Source of the DNA: Callorhinchus milii
Lineage: Eukaryota
Assembly (NCBI RefSeq): GCF_018977255.1
Contig: NW_024704742.1
Location: forward strand, 117,492,001-117,556,000
Direction: 5' to 3'
DNA length: 64,000 bases
Part shown: piece after piece, positions 13,274 to 24,873 of the stretch
Numbering within the stretch: position 1 is the stretch's first letter
Layout: every line of letters begins with the position of its first letter
Program-made: the position numbers and the translations under genes
The notes under the pieces: generated by a model
The model's input: only the letters and a program-made list of their open reading frames with translations
Database searches by the model: none
Told to the model about the DNA's origin: nothing

Positions 13274-13688
13274 CACAAAGCACAATATTTTCACCATCAG
13301 AACAGTTTGGACAGATGTGATACCTAATGGATAATTTCCATCAATTTCAATTGTATTTAACCTGTCCTAAAAAAAAAGTTGTGAGGCTACCTGATGTATT
13401 GACTTCTTCAATTTCAATGTAAGAAACATTACAATTGAAAGGACCGTTATATTGGGTAGCCTGCCCTTCAGATACGTGTTGGGTAGAAATTCCACCCAAA
13501 TTCCACCTGAATCTAGATTTACTCTGTTGATATAACATTTTAGAGTGGCCAGAATTTATCAAATTTGAAATACAGTTTTTAATTTTGGAAGCTGGTGAAT
13601 TCTTTTAAGAGTTTCAAAGTTGATACTGATTTCAAAAAAATTGCCCAGTTCTGCACACTTTCAACGCTACATTAATAGAGTAAATCAT
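13274..13688 (+). pseudogene. Polycystin-1-like PKD-repeat pseudoexon, 5' part
   Basis: In phase with the previous exon (AQSTIFS...); contains HFRVARIYQI*NTVFNFGSW; interrupted by L2. Confidence 0.5.
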
Positions 13689-16600
13689 CGAGTCCTGGAT
13701 GAGAGCCAACTTTCTACAGCTGAATGTCAGCAAGACCGAGGCCCTCCTGATTGGCTCGCACCAGCGTCTCCACACCTCAAGCACTAGCAGCATCAGCTGG
13801 ATGCACACTCCACCTCACCAAGCCAGTCAGGAACGGGCATCTTGTTTGACCCTCAACTGTCCTTTCGGCTTCATATCCATGCCATGACTCGCTCTGTCTT
13901 CCCCCACCTCCACAACATTGCCCGACTCCGCTACTGCCTCTGTTCTCAGGCTGCCGAAACCCTCATACATGCATTCGTCACCTCAAGGCTTGACTACGGA
14001 AACTCCCTCCTTACTGGCCTCCCCAACTCTTCCTTCTACAAGTTGCAGATCATCCAGAACTCTGCACTTCGTGTCCTCCCCCACACCTCTCATTCTTTGA
14101 CCAGGGCTTTGACCTCTTATTCACGTTCCCACCCTTCCTGCGAATCGTTCTCCCCCCACCACCACATCCTGCAAATTCCTCTGCTTTCTGTCTCCTCCAC
14201 ATCGCCCTTCCTTATCTATCATTCTTTATCATTCCCTATCTAATAAAACCCTCACTGTCCACAAACTCATTGTGGATAAAAAAAATCAACATCCTTGCTC
14301 TCACTGAAACCTGGATCACTCCAGGCAACATTTTCCCTTTTACTGAGGCCACGCCACCTGGCTATACGTTCCATCACACCCTACGACCCAACTGTCATGG
14401 CGGTGGTGTGGCCCTCATCTCCAGGTCCTCACTGGGTCTGTTCTCTTACTGCTCTGGAACCTTCTCATTTGAGCACCTCACTCATTACCATCTCTCCAAT
14501 GTCTCCTTAAAAATCCTCCTCATCTATCGTCCCCTCAAACCCTCCTCCACTTTTCTCTCTGACATCTCCACCCAACTGTCTTCCCTCTTATTCTGTTCTG
14601 AACACCTCATCATCTTGGATGACTCTAACCTCCACTTCATCCCTTCTTGCTCCACATCTCCTGACTTTGCCCACCTCCTCTCCTCTTACAACCTCTTCCT
14701 CCACATCAACTCCGCCACTCACATCCATGGCCATCCGCTAGACCTGGTGATCACCTGATGTCACCATCACTGACAAAAACATTTCAGATCATTGTTTCAT
14801 CTCCCTTAACTCCTCCATCCCATTATTTCATCTCCCTTAACTCCTCCATCCCATGTGGAGTCCTGTAGCTCAGTGGTTAGAGCACTCGCTTTGCAAGTGA
14901 GAGACCTGAGTTCAATTCCAGGCAGGGCGAAACCTTGGGCAAGTTTCCTTACTCCACACGCCTAATAATAATCCCTCCAAAACAAAAACAATAATAAATT
15001 GGTCATTTTCAATCTACGACTGTTTGTGGGACATTGCTGTGCGCAATTGGCTGCCTCGTTCGCCCACAAATATACAGTCAATTCACTTTACAGTCTATTC
15101 TGTGAAGCGCTTTGGGACGTCCTCCCGACGTGAAAAGCGCTATATCAAATGCAAGGATTATTATTATTATTATTATCCCCCTCCCTGCCACCCATCCCAC
15201 GTGTATCTCCTTTCGCCCCTAGAGAAAAATTCCCCTCCATGTCCTCTTCCCTGCCCAAGAGGCATCTGAACTCCTTGGTCACCCTTCAAAACAACTCCCT
15301 CTCAGCCATCTTCGACATGCTTGCCCCCATCATCTCCCACACCACCTCCTATTCGCACAAATCCTCCTGGTAAACCAGCCGCCTCCGTTCCCTCAAATCT
15401 CAGGTGCCATCCGTCAAATGCACCTGGTGCAAATCCAAATTAACAGTTCACAGTCAGATCTGGCAGGACTGCACCAAAACCAACTGCTCTGCCCTTGCCT
15501 CAGCTAAGGCATCCTTTTATTCCCAAATCATCTTGGAAGCTAAGGACAACCCCAGACTCCTCTTTTCTACCATAAACCAACTCCTCCATCCACCCTCCCA
15601 TGCCTCTGCCATCATTTCCTCCGAACCAAATGTGAGGAGATGATGGATTTCCTAGAGTCCAAAGTTGAGGGGATTTGCTCTGCCACCTCTAGCTCCTCTA
15701 CTGGCACCCACCTCCCGCTACCCTTCCAACCCCCACCCCCACATTCCTCCCTCCACACTTTTCACTTGGTCTCGCCCTCTTCACTCACCTCCATCAGTTC
15801 CCGTATGAAACCCACAACCTGCTCCTTTGATGCCATCCCTACCCCTCTCCTCACCTCCCAGCTCCACCTCCTTGTCCCACTACTATCAGAACCTGTTTAC
15901 CTCGCACTGTTCACTGGCATCATACTCATCCCCATAAAGAAGCCATCATCACCGCTACCCTCAAAAAACCTTCTGTTGACCCATCACTCCTCTCCAACTA
16001 CTGCCCCATTTCAAACCTTCCTTTTTATCAGAGGTCATGGAACGAGTTGTCGCTTCCCAGCTTCACTCTTTCCTCTCCAAGCATTCCCTCCATGAATCCC
16101 TCCAATCTGGGATTTGTGCTGCTCACAGCACAGAGACAGCCCTCGTCAAAGTGACAAATTACATTCTGTTCACCTGCGACCAGGGATCTCTCTATCTCCT
16201 CGTCCATCTCGACCTCTCAGCTGCTTTCGATACTGTTGACCAATATTTTTCTCCACCATTTCTCTTCTCACCACCACCTCAATCGTTCTGTCCTTGCCTG
16301 GTTCCAATCCTACCTTTCCCACCGTCTGCACTTTGGCCACCAATAGCTTCTCCTCTAGCCCCTGCACTGTCACTTGTGGCATGCCTCAGGGCTCTGTCTT
16401 CAGCCCCCTCCTCTTCAATGTATACATGCTCCTGCTCAGCGATGTCATCCGCAGGGATGGGGTCAATTTCCACATGTAGGCGGATGACACCCAACTTTAT
16501 CTCACCGCCTCCACCCTTGACTACAGGACTGTTGATGTCCTGGCTAATTATCTGTCTGACATCAAATCTTGGATAAGAGCCAACTTCCTTCAGCTAAATG

Positions 16601-17455
16601 TTGGTAAGGCAGAGGCCCTCCTGCTTGGTTCCTGAAAGCGCCTTCTCACCTCAGCCGCTAATACTATCACCATTCGTGGCTAAACTCTTCACCTCACCGA
16701 GCCAATCCAAAACCTCAGTGTCCTTTTCCATCCTCAGCTATTCTTCAAACCCTACATTTGTGCCGTGACCGATTCCGCCTTTCCATACCTCCGGAACATT
16801 GCCCACCTCCACCACTGCCTCTCACCACAGGCCGCTGAGACCCTGATCCACGCTTTCATTACACATCAGCTTGACTACTCCAACTGCCTGCTCACTGGAC
16901 TAGCCAACTCTTCCCTCCACAAGCTGCAGATCATCCAGAACTCTGCAGCTCATTTCCTCTCCTGCACCAGGCACCGGGAACCTATCACTCCCATTTTTGC
17001 CTGGCTTCGCTGGCTCCCCATTCCTCAGAGAATTGAGTACAAAACCCTCACTCTTACCTTCGAGGCCCTCCACGGTTTTGTTCCCCCCCTATCTCCCCAA
17101 CCTCATAATCCCATATCAGCCTGTCTGCTCATTCTGTTCGGTGGACACCGATCTGCTTCTGGTCCCCCGCACTTCCCGCCCCACCATTATCAGTCAGGCA
17201 TTCAGCATCTCTGCCCCCACACTCTGGAACTCTATCGTACAATCACTCCCCGTCTTGCCTCCTTCAAGTCCAGTCTGAAGACCTTCCTCTTCGACCATGC
17301 CTTCTGCCACCCTCCCACCTCCACCCCCCACTGTCCTCCTCCCCATCTGACCCCAACTCCCAGCTTGGGTCCAAAACCCTTGAATGTCCAATACCCTGGG
17401 ATGTCTTTCCGATGTGAAGGGCCTATACAAGCATAATTTGTTGTTGTTGCTGTTG
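13689..17455 (+). mobile_element. Composite L2 block (RT fragment plus long degenerate EN-RT copy)
   Basis: [28 protein letters not shown] motifs; (TGT)n tail; flanked by TCAT on both sides. Confidence 0.9.
14854..15176 (+). mobile_element. Full-length tRNA-derived SINE nested in L2
   Basis: A/B boxes, body, tail hairpin identical to young L2, (ATT)n. Confidence 0.95.
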
Positions 17456-17459
17456 TCAT

Positions 17460-17686
17460 GGCATTACTGATCCGAAGATCATTTCTGGCAACTACAGAGT
17501 GAAAAATGCAATAATAATTTCATCTAATCTGCTGCAAAACATTGCATTTTTCACTGTATACATTTTCAAAGTTTATCTAAAGATTGAGGTTTAAAGCATG
17601 GTGATTTTAAACAAGATTTCTCAATAAGAAATACAACTGGGGTCTTCTTCCATTTCAACGTGCACTTTCTTCAGATCTCAACGGAG
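17460..17686 (+). pseudogene. Polycystin-1-like PKD-repeat pseudoexon, 3' part
   Basis: Rejoins 13688 in frame: FNATLIE*IMGITDPKII...SMVILNKISQ*EIQL; gtagtt donor. Confidence 0.5.
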
Positions 17687-17895
17687 GTAGTTTTCTATTT
17701 ATTCTATTCTATTTCTAGTAATTGCAAGCAATTCGCCCTTTAGGACTAGAAATCCTTGTTAAGAAATCCCATCTGAAATTGTTCCATTGGCTGAGCACAT
17801 TGCAGACGCTTGAGCAGAAACAGGCAATAAAAGCATTGGACTAATAAAAATGTATAAAAATCTAGTTTGAAAACCATTATGAAATCTTGTATGAC

Positions 17896-18127
17896 CTGAA
17901 CCAAACAACCTGCATTAAGCTTTTACACAGTATTGCAATGCCTGCAGCTAAGAAAACACCGATTAGGTGGAAAACAAATATAACAGTTAGCAATTCAAAT
18001 CCAGTAGTTTGCTATGGTATTTAATGTTGCATGGTCTTGATATAACATGCAATCTGTGGATGATGTCAGTGCTCCAGAATGGAACATAGCTAATAAATCA
18101 TGAGCTTTTTCCACATAGGCGGTTATT
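17896..18127 (-). pseudogene. Polycystin channel S3-S4 pseudoexon
   Basis: Acceptor ttttcttgctcgacag; ITAYVEKAHDLLAMFHSG...LYQDHATLNTIAN, then frameshift to hydrophobic GFELLTVIFVFHLIGVFLAAGIAILCKSL. Confidence 0.6.
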
Positions 18128-18445
18128 CTGTCGAGCAAGAAAAGAGGTTGTAAAATTTGGAGTGTGTTACCCCTGTTTATTCGCCCCACCCACCCGCACA
18201 CATAGCATTCAATTGCTACTTTTTCTGGGAGGGCTGTTGTAAAGAAGTTGGAATGATGAGGGTCTGACAATCTATACAGAGGCACAACAATAATTAAGTG
18301 GCGGTTGGCATTTCATACAGGGTAGTGGGATTAACAAGATATTAAAGTGTAAACCTGTGGTGTACCTCTCGACCCCTCCTTTTACTCCTCTACAGTACAT
18401 GCTTCCTCTTGGTGCCACTATCCATAGATAGGGGTTTACTTTACT

Positions 18446-18759
18446 TGAGTCCTGTAGCTCAGTGTTTAGAGCACTCACTTTGCAAGCGAGAGACCTGGGT
18501 TCGATTCCCGGCAGGGTGAAACCTTGGGCAAGTTTCCTTACTCCACACGTCTGATAATAATCCCTCAAGAAAAAAATAATGAATTGGTCACTTAATCCAC
18601 GACTGTTTGTGGGACACTGCTGTGTGCAATTGGCTGCTGCATTTTACCCACAAATAAAAAGTCAATTCACTTTATGATCTATTCTGTAAAGCTCTTTGAG
18701 ACGTCTAGAAGATGTGAAAAGCACTATAACAAATGCAAGGATTATTATTATTATTATTA
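18446..18759 (+). mobile_element. tRNA-derived SINE
   Basis: Head, body and (ATT)n tail. Confidence 0.9.
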
Positions 18760-19069
18760 CTTCCAATGGTGCGGATGATGCTCTAATCCAAGATCCTCAT
18801 ATTCAGCCGCCTGCATGTCTCTCATCCATTCCGCTCCACTATTGGTAGCCGTGCTTTCAGCCACTACGCCTTGAAACTATGGAACTCAATCTCTCCGCCT
18901 GGCCTCCTCCTTCCCTGTTTTCAGATCACACCTGAAAACCTTCCTCTTTGACCTGCGGTTACCTCCTTTTTCCCCTCAGATCAGTGTCAAGCTCCACCAC
19001 TGTTAAGCACTCCAAGATGCTACCCCAGTTGAAGGGTGCAATAGAATTGCACGTTATTGAGTGACTAAA

Positions 19070-19262
19070 TTTCTTTTTTGAGGAATTATTACCCCCGGAA
19101 AGTGATCCACCAATCGATTAACAACTGGGATCCTGCCTACTTCTAGGTAAACAGAGGTGCGTGGAGTAAGGAAACTTGCCTAAGGTTTTGCCCTGCCCGG
19201 GAATCGAACCCAGTTCCTCTCGCTGCGAGGCAAGCCCATTAACCACTATACTATGGGGCTCA
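19070..19262 (-). mobile_element. SINE 5' half (long subfamily)
   Basis: tRNA head plus cctctgtttacctag segment. Confidence 0.8.
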
Positions 19263-19313
19263 GACCCTTAGACTGAGAATCAAGATGCTTATGGAACCAG
19301 AAAAATAAAACAC

Positions 19314-19544
19314 CTTTAGGAGAACACGGCAGAAGATTGGAGAGGGAAAACCATATTTTTTGTATATTTTTCCCTTTTTTGGACAGAAGCAGAGAAGATA
19401 TTCAGCATTCTCATGCCTTGTAAGCAGGTTTGGCCCAGACACGTCTCCTGAACAAACATGTTGGATGAAAGATCAAGGTTGCAATCTGGTGATCTGAAAT
19501 TTTCATGTAAGCAAATAAACCTTGCTAGTTTCAGAGACTTTGAA
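19314..19544 (-). pseudogene. Polycystin TOP-end/S2 pseudoexon
   Basis: tttcactcttgctag acceptor; FKVSETSKVYLLT*KFQITRLQP parallels PKD2-type EFPATGGVIPSWQFQPLKL, with TGA at the W position. Confidence 0.55.
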
Positions 19545-19738
19545 CTAGCAAGAGTGAAATGAAACCTTTGCAAATGTTCGCCATTTTAAAACAGTCGTGT
19601 AGTCACAGAACTGTGAAACAAATCTCAGACCAAGTGAAATCCTACTTCCGAGAGATGTATCGGGATGTCCTCCTGACATGAAAGGCATTATACAAATGTA
19701 ATTTGTTGTTGTTGTATCGTGAACTATTAGATCCAAAA

Positions 19739-19930
19739 GTGGAGGCCTGTAGCTTAATGGTCAGAGCATTCGCCTCCCAAGTGAGAGGACCTGGGTTCGA
19801 TTCCCTGGCAGGACGAAATGTTGAGCAAATTTCCTTGCTCCGCATGCCTTTGTTTACCTAGAAGTAAGTAGGAACCTGCTTGTTAGTTGATTGGTGGATT
19901 GCGTTTCTGGGGGTAATAATCCCTTTAAAA
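19739..19930 (+). mobile_element. SINE 5' half (long subfamily)
   Basis: tRNA head and body. Confidence 0.8.
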
Positions 19931-19961
19931 AAGGATCAAACCCGAATCCTTTCACTTGCAA

Positions 19962-21710
19962 CATAAGAACATAAGAACATAACAAATGCTAGACGAAAAA
20001 AGACCAAGGTATGTCTAGTTCGCCTTCCACCTTCCTGGCAGTTGCATTCACATATGTTCCAAACTACCTATATACTATATCCCATAATGTTATTTCCTAA
20101 AATAAAATTTGTGTTTGAAAGATACTTAATACCTACACCCAAGTCCAGGTCAGATCAAAAACAGCAGTAGTCCCAATATTGACCACTGGGAGACACCACT
20201 TGCACACTTCCCTCCAGTCAGAAAAACAACCGTTCACAACCACTCTGGTTTCTGTCTCCCAGACAGTTCTGTATCCATGCTACCACTGCCCCTTTAATAC
20301 CGAGAGCTTCTACAACAACAACAAAATTACATTTGTAAAGCTCCTCTCATGTCGGGAGGGCATCCCAAGGCGCTGGACAGATAGAGTTACTGACCCGAGC
20401 TGGGGGTCGCGGTGGGGGAGGGTGGAGGGCAGAGGGGGAAGCAGGGAGATCGAAAGTACGGTCGAAGAGGAGGGTCTTGAGCTGGGTCTTGAAGGTGGCA
20501 AGGGAGATGGCGAGGCGGAGGGACTGCGAGATGGAGTTCCAGAGGATGGGGACAGAGTGGCAGAAGGCCTGCCCGCCAATAGTGGAGAGAGTGAGGTGGG
20601 GCAGGCCGGAGCCCGCTGAGTGGAGGGATCGAAGAGGATGGTAGGGCGTTAGGAGGTCAGAGAGGTAGGAGGGAGCAAGACTGTGGAGGGCTTTGAAGGT
20701 GAGGACCAAGATTTTGAACTATATCCTCTGTGTGATGGGAAGCCAGTGGAGTTGGGCAAGGATGGGAGTGATAGGGTCGCGGAGCCTAGTGCGGGAGAGG
20801 ACACGGGCTGCAGAGTTCTGGATGATCTGCTGCCTGTGGAGGGAGGAGTTGGGGTTCCGACAAGCAATGAGTTTGCATAGTCGAGCATCGATGTAATGAA
20901 AGCTTATATGAGGGTTTTGTCAGCCTGCGATTCTATTTTGCTTACAAATCTCTTATGTGGCACTTCATCAAAGGCTTTTTGAAAATCCATATACTCAACT
21001 GCACTACCTTCATCCATATACTATATCCCACAATATTATTTCCTAAAAGAAAACAATCTAATCTGTGTTTGAAAGAATCAACACTTCCTGCTTCAACCAT
21101 CTCCCTAGGGAGCCTGTTCCACAGATTCACTATTCGCTCACTGAAGTAGTGTTTGCATAGATTCGTTCTGAATTTACGCCCTTCAATCACAGGTTCTGTC
21201 CTCTGGTTTTACTATTCTGGACAAATTGAAACAGCCTGTCATGATCTATATTGTCTAACCCATTTAGAATTTTAAAGACAGCAATCATGTCGCCTCTCAA
21301 TCTTCTCTTTTCCAGTGTGAACATGCCCAATTTAGTTAGTCACTCCTCATACTCCAGTCCCTCCATTGGCTCAATCACTTTGGTTGCCCTCCTCTGTATC
21401 TTCTCAATTTCTCCAATATTCTTTTTGTACTGTGATGACCAGAACTGTACACAGTAAGTGTGGTCTCACCAATGATTTATACAGTGGCAGGATGACCCCA
21501 CTATTTTGGCTTTCTATTGTTCTTTTGATACATCCCTACATCTGGTTTACTTCTGACAAAGGATCGTGGACCCAAAACGTTGACTCACTTTCCTTTTTCC
21601 ATAGATGCTACCTGACCTGCTGAGTGTTCCCAGCGACTTCTGTTTTCGTTATCTGGTTTACTTTACTCACTGCCACAGAGCATTTTTGAGAGAGCTTTAA
21701 GTTATTGTCA
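19962..21710 (-). mobile_element. CR1 fragments with nested L2 3' fragment (20310-20930)
   Basis: (TTATG)-type tail, FSERIVNLWNRLP; L2 tail at 20310. Confidence 0.85.
21553..21650 (+). mobile_element. 98-bp Penelope-like unit with degenerate hammerhead core and 13-bp TSD
   Basis: atctggtttactt at 21540-21552 and 21651-21663; ctgacaa-stem-caaaacgtt core. Confidence 0.7.
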
Positions 21711-22270
21711 AATTTATTGCAACATGAGTGCTCTAATGACTACAGTACAGGACTCCACCTGTCTTGACACAGCATCTTGCGTAAGGGTAGGACATCTCAA
21801 AGCATTTCATGGGATATACTGCGATCTGGTCTTTTGTAAGGGAAAATTTGGCAGTTAATTTGCACATAGCAATGACCCAGCAAGCAGCCATTGTGCAAAC
21901 AAGTGATTTTTTCTAGAGAGTTGTCAGCCAGGACACCGAGGAGGAGAGAAAGTGGGGGGAGAGTGGGAAGGATATTTAACATGCGTCCTAAAATAGTAAT
22001 CCTTGCATTTGATATAGCGCCTTATCACATAATTGACACGTCTCAAGGTGCTTTACAGGATATACTGTAAAATAGATTGACTATGAATTTTGTGGGCGAA
22101 ATGTACAGATAAGTAATACTTTCCACTGGTCTCTTGCTGTGGTGTCTTGAGGTTGTGATTGAGGTACAGTGTTGGGGCAGTAGCAGATGAAACTTTACAT
22201 CTAACCCACACTTAATACTGACGCTGGGTACCCAAAAGTACTCTGAGGAATCTACACTCACCCAAACAAA

Positions 22271-22612
22271 ATAATAATAATAATCCTTGCATTTGATATA
22301 ACGACTGATCATGTAATTGAGATGTCTCAAAGTGCTTCACAGAATATACTGTAAAGTGAATTGACTGTGTATTTTGTGGGCAAAATGGTGCAGCCAATAG
22401 TGCACAGCCATGTCCCACAAACAATTGTGAAATGGGTGACCAAATTATTATTATTAGTTTTTTAAAGGATTATTACCCCTTGAAAGCAATCCACCAATCA
22501 TCTTTGATTAACATACAAAAGTTCCTGCTTACTGCTGGATAAACAGAGGCATGTGGAATAAGGAAATTTGGCTAAAGTTTTGCCCTGCCCGGGAATTGAA
22601 CCTGGGTCCTCT
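22271..22612 (-). mobile_element. tRNA-derived SINE (long subfamily), head truncated
   Basis: Tail (ATT)n, body, partial B-box. Confidence 0.85.
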
Positions 22613-24200
22613 TGTTAAAATTAAGTCACCAAAGCATGCTGTCATGGAGGCTTCATAAGAGCAATTAACTTTTCCATTCGACTTTCAAGGGAAGTTGGCG
22701 CTGTGGAACAGGGAGTGTAACCAGGGGGTCCCTAGGGCACTTGATTTGGACATTCTTGAGCCCAGTGTCCCAATTGTCCGCATGTAAAGCATAGAGTTTG
22801 ACCGGCGCCTGGTCCTGGAGTAGGGGTTTCTCTGCCCTGTGTATACCTGTGTTGTTGTTGTATACCCGCGCCCTTGACTATTATACCGCCCATGGCCCCT
22901 TCCTCTATTCTGATATTGGGGTTGAGGATTCCATTGACCAGAGCCCTGGGGTGGTGGTCCTTCAATGTAACACACCTCATTCTTAAGTGGACACCAATAC
23001 ACCCCTTCTGCATTAGTCCATGCCTGGATTACCCTCTGTATCAGCTCATCCCAGGGAGTTAAACTGGTGGCAGTGAATCCAAGTGCAGTATTAACTCGGG
23101 GGTGTAAGTGGGTGAGGAACAGCTCCTTATATGGGTCTGGATCGTGAGCAGTCTGCTGCAGAGGCAACAGCAGATGTTGGGACATCAAATATAGTTCTCT
23201 CAGTCTGCGTTCCAATGTCAACGGGTATTCCTGAAACTCTTGTGTAGTATTGTTTACGCAGATCATTGCATTGATCCTGTCCTCCATATCATTGCCATTT
23301 TTAAACTTAGTAAGTTGACGCTGACACTCCTGGCAATTCCCCTTTATCTGTGTCTTTCGTTCCTCCCTCAATTTCTCCCATCAGAGCTCCTCTGGCATCT
23401 GACAACTTCTGTTGTAGGTCTTTCACATGTATTTTTTTCCCAATTCGCCGCACTTTTGTGCCCTCACCATAGAGTTCACTCCTTGTTGTGCGGCTAAATT
23501 CATAATACCTTGTTGTGTGTCCACCATCCCACTCTCTCACTCACCTGAGCTGGCAAGCAGTCTATCATTTCCTGCTTTTCTTTTAGCTGGCACTTGGGGC
23601 CCTCCATCATTTACTTCGTGAACTTTAGCCTTTTATCAGCTTCCTTGGATTGCACTCGGAGTTTCTCAACCTCCTTGTGGCTTTGTTGCATTGAGCAATA
23701 CATTGCAAATCTCAACAAGCGTCTGTCCCATTCCCTTAATCGGGGCGCATTTCTTTGGCTTCTACCATTTCCTCAAATCAGTCACAAGCTTGAGGTTAAA
23801 AGGGTTAAGGTGATTTATGCATAGCCAAAACCATTCCCTCAACCTCCTCCTTTTTCACCACATCACAGACTTTACACACATAATAAGCCACCCCAGCCAG
23901 GTCCCCTTTTTCCTTTACTTTTATACTCTCCCAACAGACCGAGCTATGATAGCCACAACTAACGCCTCCCTCTTAGAAATCGGCTCAATCTAAACCTGTT
24001 CTAACAAACGATTGTGACAACAACATTTTCAGATATCAGCTTTAGCATGGTCTCTCCCTTAACTTACAACTGGACGACACCCTTATCGGCTAGGAGTGAC
24101 TTATGGTGTTGGTTTTCAATCACTCGCTGTGCGTCCTCCTGGCTGGCTGGCCAATTTGTTGAGGATTTTCTTGAGATGGTTTTAAATTGGTTGTGACACA
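22613..24200 (-). mobile_element. LTR retroelement remnant: LTR end, PBS-Arg, gag with CCHC knuckle
   Basis: CFTCGQLGHWAQEC zinc knuckle; gag-like ORF 22685-23371; PBS 3 nt after ...AACA. Confidence 0.85.
24136..24153 (-). promoter_or_regulatory. Primer-binding site, tRNA-Arg(ACG)
   Basis: TGGCCAGCCAGCCAGGAG, 17/18 to the complement of the vertebrate tRNA-Arg(ACG) 3' end. Confidence 0.8.
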
Positions 24201-24873
24201 CATCATTTAAAGAACTACTCACTGCAACTGTGTCAGGACACATGCCATATGAAAGGTTATTTCTACACAGCAGTGCTCAAAGCCAGCTCTGCTCATCCTG
24301 TCATTCAATCTGGGGTTATTATTACTTCTTCAATCTTGCAGTTATGTCCCTTTGTCCCTCACACTGCAATCGTTATCACACTCATCAGTTTGTTCCACTT
24401 CCCCACTATATGCACCAAATCTTGTTTTCATCTACTGTGACCCTAAAAATAACTCCATACAAGAATGTTGCTGACTCATCAGTTGCTCACTCTCATCCTG
24501 GCTTCCTCGTCCCTCTGATTAATTTGAATACTACTACTGATACCTTTGTTTAACAAGCCCTTATACATCAGTCATGATTGAATGGCGGGGCAGGCTCGAA
24601 GGTCCGAATGGCCTACTCCTGCTCCTACATGTTATGCTATGTTATAACCCCATAATCATCCCACTTAAGCAATTATTCTCAACAAGTGTTTCAGTTTAAC
24701 ATCTCATCCAAAGGACAGCACTTCCAACAATGCAACGATCTAGCAGCACTGTATTGGTGTGTGAGGCTGGACTGTGAGTTCAAACTCCAGACATAGGGCT
24801 TGAGCCTAAGTTCTGACTCAGAGGTGAGGGTGCTTCCAACTGAGTCAGGCTGACATCTGGAATAAAATAATAC

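Noticed and set aside
13603..13617. 15-mer also present at 49044-49058
   Set aside because: AT-rich and distant; compatible with chance in 64 kb
14854..14925. tRNA gene
   Set aside because: No proper acceptor stem; continues into a SINE body present in many copies
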